A stretch of DNA of 64,000 nucleotides from Octopus vulgaris (Eukaryota): NCBI GenBank assembly GCA_951406725.2, contig OX597820.1:47554001-47618000 (forward strand). The letters are read 5' to 3'. The notes below the pieces were generated by a model, which saw nothing but the letters and a program-made list of their open reading frames with translations, made no database searches and was not told the origin of the DNA. This document shows, in pieces, positions 27,446-42,762 of this stretch. Position 1 is the stretch's first letter. Each line of letters starts with the position of its first letter. The position numbers and the translations under genes are program-made.

Positions 27446-27610
27446 TAACAATAACAACAACGTCGAAAAATACCTTAGGAATGAGAACCCAGGTTCGAAA
27501 TTGCCCCAAGACACCTGATGAAAGCTGAAGGGTATATCAGCCGAAACGTTGTGTTAACAATAAACAATATGAGGACAAATATCCGTCAATTGTAAATAAT
27601 ATAAATAATG
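27231..27610 (+). mobile_element. SINE-like element: tRNA-like head, (AAT)n spacer, hammerhead-bearing tail
   Basis: A-box tggcgtagtgg (~27238), B-box-like gagttagatccc (~27281), (AAT/GAT)n at 27303-27460, hammerhead at 27510-27555. Confidence 0.7.
27510..27555 (+). ncRNA. Minimal type I hammerhead motif (Penelope-type, palindromic stem III)
   Basis: gacac-CTGATGA-aa-gctga(agggtata)tcagc-c-GAAAC-GTT-gtgtt. An AACGTT palindrome replaces stem III. Confidence 0.75.
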
Positions 27611-27792
27611 TATATAAAACCTGGTTGATTAACTTTCCATTTACTATTCAAGGTGAGAATATTTTCACTGCAGGACTGCGACCAGCTCACTAACATAAAT
27701 TCCGTGTGCGCAATAACCTAAACACTAGGGAACGCGTCTTAACACGTGAGGCAAGCTTATAGTTTATACTTAATCCGTTCGATATACACATA

Positions 27793-28930
27793 CAGCGTGC
27801 GGAGACGGTATTTGAGGACTTTTTATGGTTTAAAAAAAGACGCTTAAATAATAACAGAAAAAAAACTTTATAAAAATAACATATAACATAAACGTAAAGC
27901 TAAATTATCAGTTTAAGAATTTCATTCATTCAATAAAACCACCATAAGCATCAATAACTGCCTTTATGCGGGGTCGAAGTCGTTTGCAAACTCGGATTAA
28001 GTGGTCCTAGTTCATATTGGATATGACTCGAACTATGGCGGCTTTCAAAGGATCTTTGGTACTATGGAAATATCCATACGTAGTAGTCCAGTGGACTGAG
28101 ATCTAAAGAATTAGGAGGCCAAATGCTGGGGCTGATGTGATCATGCAAATTGTCAGCCATCCATTCTTGTGGCATTTGAGCCTTGTGTGATGGTGAAGAA
28201 TCTTTTTGAAAGACATAAGGCCTTTCATTGCATACACTGTTGAACCAAGGCTTAACAACTTTATCCAGAACCTCAATATACGCAGCAGCATTCATTTTGG
28301 AAAAAGTGAGGAGGTATTGCATGTCCATTCCTAACAACAATTTTGTGTGCCTCAGGAGGTCTGCACATAGCCATCTTCCATTTCTTCTGTTAGTTTTCTG
28401 GTCCCAGTCAAAGTTTTTCTCATCTGAGAAAAACCAAATCACACCATCTTCTAATAGAGTTTTAAGTTTGGTCAACTGTCTTTTGGATCTGATTAAACAG
28501 ATTTCTTTTGATTTTTTCTGATACGAATTGACCTCTCCTCATCACGTAAGATTTGTATCCGATGTCTTCATGCACAACATTTCGGATTGCTTTTCCTGAC
28601 ACACGAAATTTTTTGCAATTGACCTCACTGATTTTCCTGGATTGTTTTTCTTAACTTCCTGAATAAATTCAGGTGCCCTGATAGAAATAGAGGGTTTGGA
28701 AGTTTTTTTTTACGTTTTCATACAGGCAATGCACTTCCATCTCCTTCTTCAATTCACACCGTATCTTGTGGACAAAAGATCTTGCAACTTTCAGAAAACG
28801 AGATATTTCTAAATCACCATGCTTAGCCTTCAAAGTCACAATCACATCATGCCTTTTCATTTCATTAATAAGCATAGGGCCTTTCATTGTTATTTTCTGT
28901 AATAGAAGTTCAATAAAACTTAGTCAAATA
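27793..28930 (-). mobile_element. Tc1/mariner-superfamily DD37D (maT) transposon, decayed
   Basis: FFSDEKNF..YVFQKDSSPSHKA..WPPNSLDLSPLDYYVW, with 37 residues between the last two Asp. An HTH-like N-terminus is in ORF 28669-28887. There are frameshifts and an internal deletion. Confidence 0.85.
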
Positions 28931-28954
28931 AAATAATGACTAAAATGCATGGGC

Positions 28955-29190
28955 CCTCAGATACCGTCTGTTGTTTGTGGAAGACCATACCCGCCCCCCT
29001 CTCCGCGCCACCGATGTTATCCAAAGGAAAGGCAAAGGCCAATAAAGCTTGCTACCTGTGACGTCGCAATTTATTTCTACTACTGAGTAAACTGGAGTGA
29101 CGTGAAATAAAGTGTCTTGCTCAAGAACACAGCATACATCCAAGTCCGAGATTGTGAGCACGACGCTCTAACCACTGAACCATGTGCCTA
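28955..29190 (-). mobile_element. SINE family C variant
   Basis: Shared gtgaaataaagtgtcttgctcaagaacaca body; rc head ggcacatggttcagtggttagagcgtcg. Confidence 0.75.
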
Positions 29191-29315
29191 CATATACATT
29201 TTTTCTTAAGATGAAACCAATGATAGCCTTGATACACAAATAAAGAAATTCTATCCACCAATGTAGTGTTGAGTACTCATTTTCATCGTTCGACATTTAC
29301 ATGTATATATCTATA

Positions 29316-29429
<114 letters not shown>

Positions 29430-30200
29430 TTCTCCTATCGTTTTCTCTCTCATGTGACTCTACTCTATACTGTTTTCTCACTCTATCGTTTTCTCGATCA
29501 TCCTTTCCCTAATTCCCTTTCTTCTTCCCGTTCACTGTTTTCTGTATGTCTCTCTCTCCCTCTTTCTCCTTTACTCTCCTTCGTTGCTCACACGTAACCA
29601 TCGTCCATCTTTCTGTTCCTCACGTGATCATCTTTCTTTTCTTTCAGGGCTGTCCTAAGGACCAGAGTATCCTATATCTCTCTCTTCTATCTTTTCTCTT
29701 GTCAAAGAAAATATTTCTTCAGTGTTCGCTATTTTACTCTCGTTCGGGTCTAACGACCCTCCATGTTTGTCTCCGCTCGGTTTCCTTGTATGTCTCCATT
29801 GTCCTGTTTTTGCTCTCAAATTTGACCCTCCATAAATCCGAAATTTTATTTTGGTACTTATGGGAGAAACTGTCTTCGAAGCTTCATATTGTCGTTCAAT
29901 GCTCAAAATGAAGAGTAGATAGACAGCCAACAACCAATGAAGGGTTGTTCTTTATGTTACTTGTCCTGTTTTCCATTTCTCTCGTTGTTTGCGTATTGAA
30001 CTAATTTATTTTCGTATTTCCTGTTGTTTACTTTTGGTGACGTCCTGTATCCATAATTGCATGTATGTATGTATGTATGTATGTATGTATGTATGTATGT
30101 ATGTATGTGTGTCTGTATGTATGTATGTATGTATGTATATATTAACCACATATATTTACATATATATATATGTATGTATATATGCTTATATATATTATTT
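29430..30200 (+). mobile_element. Copy of the 8634/21900 family in the opposite orientation to 8634-9823
   Basis: tgtcctgtttttg..tttgaccctcc..aaatcc matches the rc of 22170-22225. gagtagatagacagccaacaacc.atgaag..gttctttatgtta matches 22865-22910. Confidence 0.7.
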
Positions 30201-30250
30201 ATATTATATTATATTATATATATATATATTTATATTATATCATATTATAT

Positions 30251-30314
<64 letters not shown>

Positions 30315-30338
30315 GTATATATGTGTGTATGTTTATAT

Positions 30339-30510
30339 ACGTGATCTAATAAATAAGTATCCGGACTGTTGCCATATTAACGAAGCTAAAGCATGCAGAG
30401 TGAAGCCACTTTGCTAAGATTGACCTTGAACTCTGCTGTGCATGCGCACTAAATCTTATCGTTCTAGCTCACTTCCGCTGTTTACAGCAGCGCTTGGAAG
30501 GAAGGTGTGT
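30339..30510. mobile_element. One end of a mariner-like MITE
   Basis: TA-cgtgatctaataaataagtatccggactg resembles a mariner TIR. The partner end is not seen. Confidence 0.4.
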
Positions 30511-30988
30511 AGCGGATACTTATTGATTAGACCTCGTGTAAGCTATATTGATATATTATTGTGGCATAAATTCATTGAAGAGCTTATTTTCAATACACTT
30601 TTAGCATAAGAAGCATGTACATATGTAACTTATAATTATACATATCGAGTTCATACCTTAGCACATGAAAGAGCTAAGAAGAGAAAGAATAAGTAGTGTT
30701 AGAGGAAAGAAATAGAAGCGGTGATATATAATAAATAAACCGTAAGCAGAGAAATGAACAGAATATAGAAAAGAGAAACGCATACCAATGCCAAGAGATC
30801 AAGGTTTAACAAGAGATACACAACCGAACCATAAGTCAACATAAAAACTCAACATAAAAAGAAGAATCCTCTAGGACCCGGAGGCCACCAAGAACTTGCA
30901 ACTAAGGTTGAAACAGTTACAGTGAAACTGTTTTTTTCTAGAGGGAGCTAAAAACTGTTCTTCAGCGTTGTAATTGTTCTTTCTATCA

Positions 30989-31088
<100 letters not shown>

Positions 31089-31228
31089 GTCTGTCTGTCT
31101 GTCTAAATAGCTATATACATACGTACCTACGTTCATCCATCCATACATATATTCAAGATATGTATATACATTCATACATGCATACATACAAATAAGCATG
31201 CATACAAGCATGCATACATAATATATGA

Positions 31229-31259
<31 letters not shown>

Positions 31260-31449
31260 CTTAAACATGTTTAAATATGTTTAAATATGTTTAAGTATTA
31301 CAAGTCTTCGGAAAATTTTCGGTTTTAAAGGTTGGCAATTTTTTTTATTGCCGGCGTCTGCGCAGTAGATTTTGAAAAAAAGGATATATATAAACGGGAG
31401 GCATATAGTTTGATCACCTTGTGTTTTTATATATTTGACCCAAGGTGTA

Positions 31450-31526
31450 CCTGCTGATGAAGATTTCACCTCGTGAGTAAAAGTTATTTGCTTGCAAAAC
31501 TAAAATCAGAAACCAATTGGTCCTGG
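31450..31526 (+). ncRNA. Type I hammerhead ribozyme, core intact, stem I with one mismatch
   Basis: cctg-CTGATGA-a-gattt(extended arm)aaatc-a-GAAAC-caattg-GTC-ctgg. Stem III is the palindrome ACCAATTGGT. It lies in a (TA)n-flanked ~390-bp element at 31262-31650. Confidence 0.8.
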
Positions 31527-31661
31527 AAAATTGATGGTAAAATGTTTTTATTTTTCATTTCGTTCCTGTCGAATTTTATCCCTAATTTTTGTGGTTATAG
31601 AACCTAGCTGTTCTTTCTAGCGTGTTGAATACCACGAGTAGATTCCTTGTGTTTAAATGTA

Positions 31662-31700
<39 letters not shown>

Positions 31701-31786
31701 CACACACACACACACATATATATATACATACATATATATATATATATACTTCATACATATATATATATGCATACATACATATATAT

Positions 31787-31831
<45 letters not shown>

Positions 31832-32583
31832 GAAACAAAAAATGCAAGATTACAACTGTTTTTACTACGCTGCGCAGGTGAATCTACGACTGTTATACGA
31901 TCCGTTAAAAGTTCTTCTTGTAGTTGTAGGTGTTACTTTTACAGTTGATCTTCATGCTATTGCATTTGGTGACGTAGTCGCAGAGTTGTGGTAGTGTGGC
32001 GGTTTTGTGATGATAGTATGCAAACTTGATGGCTGGAAATCATTATAGGTTCCCTAGAAATACCGTATATAACATATTCATTTATTTTTCTGGAGCTGAA
32101 TGGATTAGTGCAACGGTGGTACACAGTAATAGCAAATGCATCGCTTTAATTAACCACATACTGTGTGGATATTGTTAGATCGCAGTAGTGAGAGGTTATA
32201 AGTTTAATATCCGTAGGCGTCTTTTTGTAGTAGTATCGTCATGTAGCATACTTCTCTACGAAACAAAGAACAAAAAAAAAAAGGAGTAAAAAAAAAACCA
32301 CCTCTGCTTTCTTCATTCCCTATAATCGAAACACCGGCGTGCGCGCGTACACAAAAACATTGATATGTAAATACCTGCATACATACACATATACACGCAC
32401 GCACACGCTATCATATATATAAATATGTATATATATATATATATATATATACATATATTAATATGTATATATATATATTTACAAGTGATTGTATGTGTGT
32501 ATACATACATCCAGGCATATATACATATATGAATACACACATATACATATATATATATATATGTTTATAAATGTATATATATA

Positions 32584-32637
<54 letters not shown>

Positions 32638-32668
32638 GCACACATGTATATATGTTTATATATGCATG

Positions 32669-32708
<40 letters not shown>

Positions 32709-33321
32709 ACACACATATTGAGCGTGCTTATTACTTTGCACAGTAATCGAAATGTTTACTAAATGTGTTTGTTTAGGGAGTGTGATAACTCGTTATATAC
32801 TTCATGGTTTCACGCTGTATATACATGTACATACACACACATATACTAAGCATATCTGCAGACAAATCTGTACGAATATACGAATGCATATATATATATA
32901 TTTTTATATATATGCAAATAAATACCACTAAATGTAACTATATAAACACATTTGAAAGAACTATATGAACACACACATACAAACATTAAACAAATACGAA
33001 CATATACACATACACACACGTAAACACATACGAACATATACACATACACATATGTATATTTTCAAATCACATACATATTTGTACATACACACACGTGCGC
33101 ATGCACATGCATTTATACTCTTATATGTGTCAATGCGTATGTGTGTATATATGCATACAGAAACACACACATATATGTGTGTGTATCTGCATATATACAC
33201 ACGTTTGTATAAATCGATATATGTATATCTGTGTTTGTCTATCATTATCTATCTATCCATGGCTTAATAATATGTGTGTATGTGTATGTGTCTGTGTATA
33301 TATATATCTCTGTGTGTGTGT

Positions 33322-33392
<71 letters not shown>

Positions 33393-33784
33393 TGTATGTA
33401 TGTATGTATGTATGTCTTTAAGTATGTATGTATATCTAATCTCTGAGCACTGAAAGCCAAAGCAAATATCGTGCAGTATTTTGATGTACTCTTTAACGAA
33501 TCTGCCAAGTCTGAATAAAGAATGGTAATTGCCCAATGTAATTAATCATGTATGTACATTCGACTTAATGCTGTTTGCTTAATGAAATACTGCGGGTATA
33601 TAAAGGATAATCTGTGCAAGCATACTGATATATATGCATTTAGAAGGATAACCGTCTATACATGTAATATGCATACAATACATGTAATAGCTCGGCTGGG
33701 AGAGTGCCAGATTAAAAGTCTAAATATCACCGGTTCGATTTGGTGTTTTGGTACCCGGATGCTGATACAAAGATTTTCATAGAG

Positions 33785-34640
<856 letters not shown>

Positions 34641-34738
34641 AAAAAAGAGTATAGGCACGTAGAATAAAATGATTATTTACGTGTAAATGCATCTATGTTG
34701 AATACACTTGTACCAGCGTATTTGAACGATTTCTTCTA

Positions 34739-35982
34739 TTTGGTTGTTCCGAAAATAATGGCCGCTCTAAGTGTTGTTTTGAAACGCCATTTTATCATAG
34801 TATTTTAATCATATTTTAAATGAATTTCGACATACTTAATAATTGATGTATGCTCTTTAATAATTTTCAAACAGAAAACATTCTTGAAGCATAGGCGCCC
34901 TTAATTATGGACATGACAAAAAGGACCTTCGCTTACTTTTCTTGCATGAGTTCAAGCTTGGGCAAAATGCCTTCCAAACTGTTGCCAATATCAACAGAGC
35001 ATGAAGAGAGGGGTTCACAAGTGATCGCACAATACGAAGGTGGTTTCAGAAATCCCCTAGTTACGAGGAGAGTCTTGAAGATGAAAAAAGGAGAGGACGG
35101 TCATGCAGTTTTGACAATGAACAATCGAAAGCAATTGTTGAACAAAACCCATGTCAAAGTGTCAGGGACTTGGTGTCGGTATTGCAACGGTCTCACGCAA
35201 TCTTCAGAAAATTGGTAAAGTGAAAAAGCTCAATAAATGGGTACAGCATGAGCTCAATGAAAATCCAAAAGTTTGGTGTTTTGAAGTGTGCTCGATGCTC
35301 TTTCTGCGCAACACCAATGATCCTTTTCTTGACCGAATAGTCACTTGTGATGAAAAGTCGATCCCTTATGATAACAATAAACGATCAAGTATATGGCTTG
35401 ATCGTGATGAGTCCCCCAAATATTTCCAAAAGACACAAAGTTACATCACCAAAATATTATGGTGAATGTCTGGTAGTCTGCAATTGGTGTTGTCCATTAC
35501 AGCTTTCTGGAAGCCAACCAGAGCATTACAGTAGGGGTTTACTGCAATCAACTCGCTGAAATGCATGCTCGCTTGCAAAACATGAGACCTGCATTGGTGA
35601 ATCGGTGAGGCCCAATTCTGTTCCACGATAATGCAAAGCCACATGTTGCAAGAATGACACTGTAGAAACTCAAAGACTTGGGATACAAAACCTTACCACA
35701 TCTTCCATACTCCCTCGATCTTTCACTCACTGACTACCATTTTTTAAAGCATTTAAACACTTTTTTAAGTGATAAACTTTCAGGTCCAAACCAGAGGTGG
35801 AATCAGCTTTCAAAGATTTCTTAGCATCAAAGCCATAAGGAATAAATAATCTCGTTGATCAAAAGCAGAGATGCATAGATGTTCATGACTCCTACTTTGA
35901 CTAATCAAAACATTTCTATTGTTGATTTTTCCAGAATAAAATTATGTTTATGACATCGGCCATTATATTTGGAACAACCTAA
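34739..35982 (+). mobile_element. Full-length but inactive mariner (DD34D) transposon
   Basis: 26-bp TIRs (tttggttgttccgaaaataatggccg and rc ttaggttgttccaaatataatggccg) are flanked by TA. Motifs WVQHEL, IVTCDEK, LFHDNAKPH and PYSLDLSLTDYH occur across frameshifts and stops. Confidence 0.95.
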
Positions 35983-36283
35983 TACTATCATTGCGCTGTA
36001 CTGCTTTCTTTAAAGAGCTAGTTATTTTGAAGTGTTTGTTATGGTTGGAAGTGTACTAGAAGGATTGTCTTGGCTCGATGGTAGAACACCTGTTATGTTT
36101 ATTTGAGATGTGAGCTTCAGTCCCAGGGGTAGTCTTTATTTTTTTTCTCTCCAAAAGGTTATGTGACCCCATATTTACATGCTAATTTTCATAGCTTATT
36201 CTCTTCGAGATGTAACATTTCAAAAGGGAATTATTTCATGTTTTATCGGAAGTTTGAAAATTTTTACGTTTCTCTCTCGCTCT

Positions 36284-36351
<68 letters not shown>

Positions 36352-36423
36352 CTGTATATGTATATATATGTGTGTGTGTGTATGTGTGTATGCATTTATC
36401 ATATATATATATATATATATATA

Positions 36424-36490
36424 TACTTTGATACTTTGATAGGTTTCGGCCATTATTGGCCCAGGCCATGTCTAACTTAATAGCACCAAT
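36424..36490 (-). mobile_element. Severely 5'-truncated copy (3' tail only) of the LINE at 51330-51850
   Basis: ccaggccat.tctaacttaatagcacca is shared with ~51369-51397. It has a ggcca/tggcc hairpin and a short tandem tail (atactttg x2). Confidence 0.7.
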
Positions 36491-36624
36491 ATATATATAT
36501 GCACATATATATATATATATATATGTCCTGTACGTATATATATATTTATATATGCATGTATATATACATGTAGATGTCGGTACGTACATATATGTTTGTA
36601 TGTATGCATATATTTTATTTATTA

Positions 36625-36669
<45 letters not shown>

Positions 36670-37275
36670 AAATGCCGACAGAATTGTAATATTTTTTCGT
36701 AGAATTTTTGTCGGACCATTATGGAAGATAGCCTTAAATTTGTTTATATGTAACAATATGCAACTATGAAAAGAAAAAAAAAACCCAACTCAGACGGCAA
36801 AATTAAAAGAATAACCGAAGGTGAGATAATTAAAGAGGAGAAATCAAAAGTAGGTGAAGTAAAACTTTCAGATGAAGCTATATTAGTGCAGAATCAAGTG
36901 AACTGAATATTAATTCAAATTTCTCCTTGCTGCACGAGTGTGTACGGTAAGTTTAAAAAAAAAAACAGAAGAAGCCTATGGTAGTAGTAATCAAATAAGG
37001 AACAATTGCGTCTATGAAATTGAAAAAGTAGGTTTAATTTTCATAATCTAATCTTCAATTAAAGCAAAGAATAAATTTTAATGCACGAAGCATTAAAAAA
37101 AGGTTTGGGCTTTGGGACAAACACTCAAAGCGTTTGGGTTTAAGGTGAATGTTCAATGTAATCGGACAAGTTTGTGTATTATGACTGAACAAATACCAGC
37201 AATGAAATATTTTGGGTTCATACGGAAAAATATTCTAAACTATACAGATAAATACGCGTATACAAGGACGGGCAG

Positions 37276-37349
<74 letters not shown>

Positions 37350-37456
37350 GTCTGTCTGTCTGTCAGTCTGTCTGTCTGTTTGTCAGTCTATCTGTCTGTC
37401 TGTCAGTCTGTCTGTCTGTGGGTCTATCTATATATCTAATCCCTTTATATATATGG

Positions 37457-37504
<48 letters not shown>

Positions 37505-37866
37505 ACAAAATTGTTAAAATATTTTGTGTATTATAGAAGTAGAAACAATGTATTGCAGAAAAATTTTATCAACAAAATCTTATATGGACCCTTAAGAGTC
37601 ATATGGAGCCCTGAGGGACAGATGGACCCTGGATGAGAAACACGGATCTACTGAGAACCAAGTATTGAGTACTCTTTTCCGACTGATTTTTGACTCTAAA
37701 CAACATACGTATATATTTTGACCACACACACGTGTTTCGTTTGTCTTCTACTTTGCAGTCCGATGAGATGTTCACGGGGCTAAGGCCCTTGTGAATGCGA
37801 AGTCATTGGTCACTCTATGACTGGACATAAACTCAACTACTTAAATAAATACATATGCACACACGC

Positions 37867-37924
<58 letters not shown>

Positions 37925-38475
37925 CCATATATAGATATAGAAATACAAATAGGGTGACAATTTGTACATGTAGAGGGAAGTGCCAATATATTTAAAGATA
38001 TAGACAAGAGAGAGGGACGGATTTACAGTCGTATACATATACCTATACATTCAAAAATACATAAATTTACATATGCAAGCTTGTGTGTTCGTGTGTGCGA
38101 ATGTAGTGTATGTGTATGTGTGTGTGTGTGTGTATGTATCATCTAATATCATGGACACCGCTAATTGCTATCGTTTGGAAAAGGAATTTTAAATTAACCG
38201 TGAGTGTTTGATAACTTTGTGCAGAGGACATAACGTTAAACTGAGTGCGTTAGAGACTCAATAACTTTGATAGCAATAAATGTTTGATAACATTAGCTGT
38301 GATTATATTAAACGGCTGTGACTATAGTTTCGGTTCCCATATCACATGATATCCCATTACAGAATGCCATTGAAAACATTTTCCTCTTCCTTTGCTTAGC
38401 ATAAAACTTTAACCGAAGCCTACATACGCGTACACTATACAACCTCCCCAAAATACACACACATAAACACACACA

Positions 38476-38529
<54 letters not shown>

Positions 38530-38963
38530 AAGTATACATGTACGTACAAATATACACGCATTCGCATGTATACATTTGCGTGCAATAAATTTAATACAAA
38601 GAGTTTAGCACGTTCTTGTACACAACAAGCGTGTTGAATATGTTTAACGAATACAATTACAAAAGTAATTGTGTATATGTTATAGAATTATATTAAAACT
38701 CTCACCTACAGCTAAAGAGCAAAGGTTATTTAAACATCAAGCAATATATAAATCCGAGTGTATATACGTACACACACACACACACACACATATATATGTA
38801 TGTATGTATATGTGTCTATGCATATGCCTATATATATATTTATATATATACTTATATATATATGTACATACATATGTATATACGTGTATGTATAAATATA
38901 TATCTATGCACATACATGCATAAACGCATACGTACATACATACACACATACATACATACACAC

Positions 38964-39014
<51 letters not shown>

Positions 39015-39127
39015 CATACAAACATGCACACATATATGTACATATATATATGCATATTTCTATGTGTATATATGTAAATGTATACATACATATATATATA
39101 TGCATATCTCTATGTGTATATATGTAA

Positions 39128-39181
<54 letters not shown>

Positions 39182-39703
39182 GTATGTGTATGTCTGTGTG
39201 TGTGTTTGTGTGTGTATGTATGTATATATTTATTAATATATATATATATGTACATCTCTCTCTCTCTATATATATATGTATGTGTACACATACATATGTA
39301 AATATATATATGTTGTTACATGTATATATATATATATACATATATATCCACGCATACACCGTAGCTTGTTAATGGAAATAGTGCAGTTTGTTGGCTCACT
39401 GGCGATGTGTTTACAGTAACACTCATGTATGTTTATTATAACTATCACATTGTACTTGAAACTGTTGCTGAACTGACAGTGTCTGACAGAAGATTGATGG
39501 GTTTGGTCCAGAAGTCTATATTGCAATGTCTGTCCACACGACATAATTCAACCAGCCTAACGTGACGCCTGCACATTTTAGATTTATGTATGTATGTATG
39601 TATGTATGTATGTATGTATGTATGTATGTATGTATGTATGTATGTATGTATGTATAAATACATATATATACATATACATTATATACATATATATATATGG
39701 GTC

Positions 39704-39734
<31 letters not shown>

Positions 39735-39742
39735 GCCTACAT

Positions 39743-39803
<61 letters not shown>

Positions 39804-40024
39804 TACATACATCCTATCTAACTATCTAACTGCATGAATACATACATACATACATACATATATACATGCATACCGACGCATACGCATACCATACACGCAC
39901 ACTCAATGCCACATACCAGAGGAGGTTTCAAATAATGGTGTAGCACAGTCAATGGTGGTGCTCCAGCATGAACGCAGCTTAGAAGCTGAAACAATTTTCA
40001 AGATTTAAAGATTTATTTACATAT

Positions 40025-40169
40025 AGGTGCAGGAGTGGCTGTGCGGTAAGTAGCTTGCTTACCAACCACATGGCTCCGGGTTCAGTCCCAGTGCGTGGCT
40101 CCTTGGGCAAGTGCCTTCTACTATAGCCTCGGGGCGACCAAAGCTTTGTGAGTGGATTTGGTACACACG

Positions 40170-40268
<99 letters not shown>

Positions 40269-40450
40269 GTGTGTCTGTGTTTGTCTACCCACCATGCTGG
40301 TGTGTTTATGTTCCCATACAGTTCGGCAAAAGAGACCGTTAGAATAAGTACCAAGCATACAAAGAATGAGTCCTGGGTACGATTTGTTCGACTAAAGGCG
40401 ATGTTCCAGTATGGCCGCAGTAAAATGACAAACAAATAAAAGTAAAAAGC
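40025..40450 (+). mobile_element. SINE family A copy
   Basis: ggtgcaggagtggctgtgcggtaagtagcttgc..gggttcagtccc, internal microsatellite and conserved tail. Confidence 0.85.
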
Positions 40451-40534
40451 ATAATATATATATATATATATATATAAAGGTATGCATACATATAATCATA
40501 TATATGCGTGTGTATATATGACTGAGAGGGCAAT

Positions 40535-40860
40535 GCAAGCCATCAAATATACGAAGTCCAGTATACCCATTACTACCCGTCTGATAAGTGTATACCAGGC
40601 ACATGCATCACAACCATATGTGTGTTACATGGTGATCTCATATTAAGATAGACAGCACAGGTGGGGCCCAGTTAGAATCTTCTTCAGTCTGGGAAGCCCA
40701 TCCCGCTCTAAAGGTCCCTGAATAAGTGTTGCTTAAGCATGTTGAACGAAACACCAACGTTTCCAAAGGTGAAGTATCCAAACTCCAAAGAATTCCTCTG
40801 AGCACATGGGTATGATGCTCCCCACTACTTCTGTTCGTGATCAGAGATACACATATCGTT
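40535..40860. mobile_element. Dispersed repeat family D; inverted homolog at ~59500-60040
   Basis: ccaaactccaaagaattcctc..acatgg..atgatgctccccc.actacttctg.tcgtgat is the reverse complement of 59695-59760. Confidence 0.8.
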
Positions 40861-40918
40861 AACCACCAATCAGTTAAGATAAAAAGCCATAGTCTGGTAC
40901 TTCATCAGGCTATGTATG

Positions 40919-40952
<34 letters not shown>

Positions 40953-40972
40953 TGTATGTATGTATGTATGTA

Positions 40973-41003
<31 letters not shown>

Positions 41004-41502
41004 ATGTATGTATGTATGTACCTGTGTGTGATTATGTGTGTATGCATGCATGTATCTCTGTGCGTGTATGTATGAGGAAGAAGTGTATGATAATATATAT
41101 CATTCACATAGACAGATAAATTGATAAATAGATGGATAAGCAGATACATCTATGCGAAACCGTTTGAATTCATTCCCGGACCCTTTTGCTCAAGGGGCTC
41201 CTGGATTTGATCCCATAGAAAAATTTAAACGTTTACTTATTAAACTTACACAAATAAATTTATTTACATTATTTTTTATGCTCACATGAGCACACATACA
41301 CATAATTAAATACTTACAGATACAGACTCACACAAACACACAAACACAAAAACACACACACTATCCCACCACCCATCCAAAGAAATTTCCTATTGTATCG
41401 CTACTCGGACTTTTGAGGCTGTCTTATTCCTATATATTCATACATACAAAGCAAAAAAAAAGAAAACTGAAAAAGAGAATTAAAAATAAAGAACAAATTA
41501 TA

Positions 41503-41721
41503 TCTGAAGTGATGCTGAAAAGTTTCTGGTTTCGGGTAAAAGAAAACAGTGGAAGATCAGTTAATTATGATTTTATTCAACATATCCCCCTTTCAGATTC
41601 ACACTTATTATTGCAGTCCCTTAGTTTTCTAAGCCCAGTAAAATAACTGGGAAGGATGGCCCCCCACCCAATAGTCCTTCCGAGATACTCTTATAGCCAG
41701 GAAATTTTCAGCACCCCTCGC
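41503..41721. mobile_element. Mariner-derived MITE
   Basis: Degenerate TIRs: gaagtgatgctgaaaagtttctgg and ccaggaaattttcagcacccctcg. Confidence 0.7.
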
Positions 41722-42005
41722 GTGTGTATATATATATATATGCTTTCGGTGCGAATAATATATATATATATATATATATATGCTTTCGGCGCGAATGATT
41801 TTGTTATACGGTGCCGCATTTTACAATCCTGTAAATAATAATAATGGTATTTTTATAGGCCTAAACCTTACACTGATCACCGTGCAATGACTAAGAAAAA
41901 TAGTTTAATAATGGGGCATATAAGCCCTCGACAGAAAAAGGTAGGCTTTCCTGTCCGCTTGGGACTCGAACCCACATACCTTTGTTAACACGACTAAGCC
42001 TGTTA

Positions 42006-42055
<50 letters not shown>

Positions 42056-42170
42056 CACATTTAGTAAGAATTCAGCTTCTTGCAAGTTATTATGGGAGAT
42101 ATACACACCCTACGCGCCCACGAAACTTTAAAACTCTGTCATATGAGTCTGAGTCAAAATGTTGTTTTAT

Positions 42171-42217
<47 letters not shown>

Positions 42218-42719
42218 AACATATATATACATATATACGATATATATATACGATATATATATTTATATATATATATTTATTTATATATATATAATGTATG
42301 TATGTACGCGTGTGTCGAAGGTAAAATGCACCATAACAGCGATAACACAAAGGGACATCAGTAGTCAACTTAACAACTTGAAATAAAGTCAAGCATTAAT
42401 ATCAACCAAACGATGATGATGATTATGATGCTGTTAAAAACAACAACATCAACAACTAAAACAAAAACAACAAAGGCAACAGCAGCAATAGGTACAATCG
42501 CAATCATAATAATAGTAATAATGAGTCATAGATTTCTTTTATAGAGATGAATGGTTTTTTTTTTTAGATGTAGAAGTAGATAGGTTGAGAATGAGTTTCT
42601 TCTCATTAATATGGCGTTTGTGTGCACGAGTTAGTGTGTAAGCATGCGTGCACGAATGTGTGTGTGTGTTTGTGTATGTATGTGAGTGTGTGTGTGATTG
42701 TTCGCGCGTGCAAATTTAC

Positions 42720-42762
<43 letters not shown>

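Noticed and set aside
36445-36470. Hairpin followed by GAAAC (also near 51350-51375) as a hammerhead
   Set aside because: No CUGANGA core. It is better explained as the 3' UTR stem-loop of the CR1/L2-like LINE.
36870-36952. Candidate exon (tttcag..cg|gtaagt)
   Set aside because: All three frames contain stops and there is no other support.
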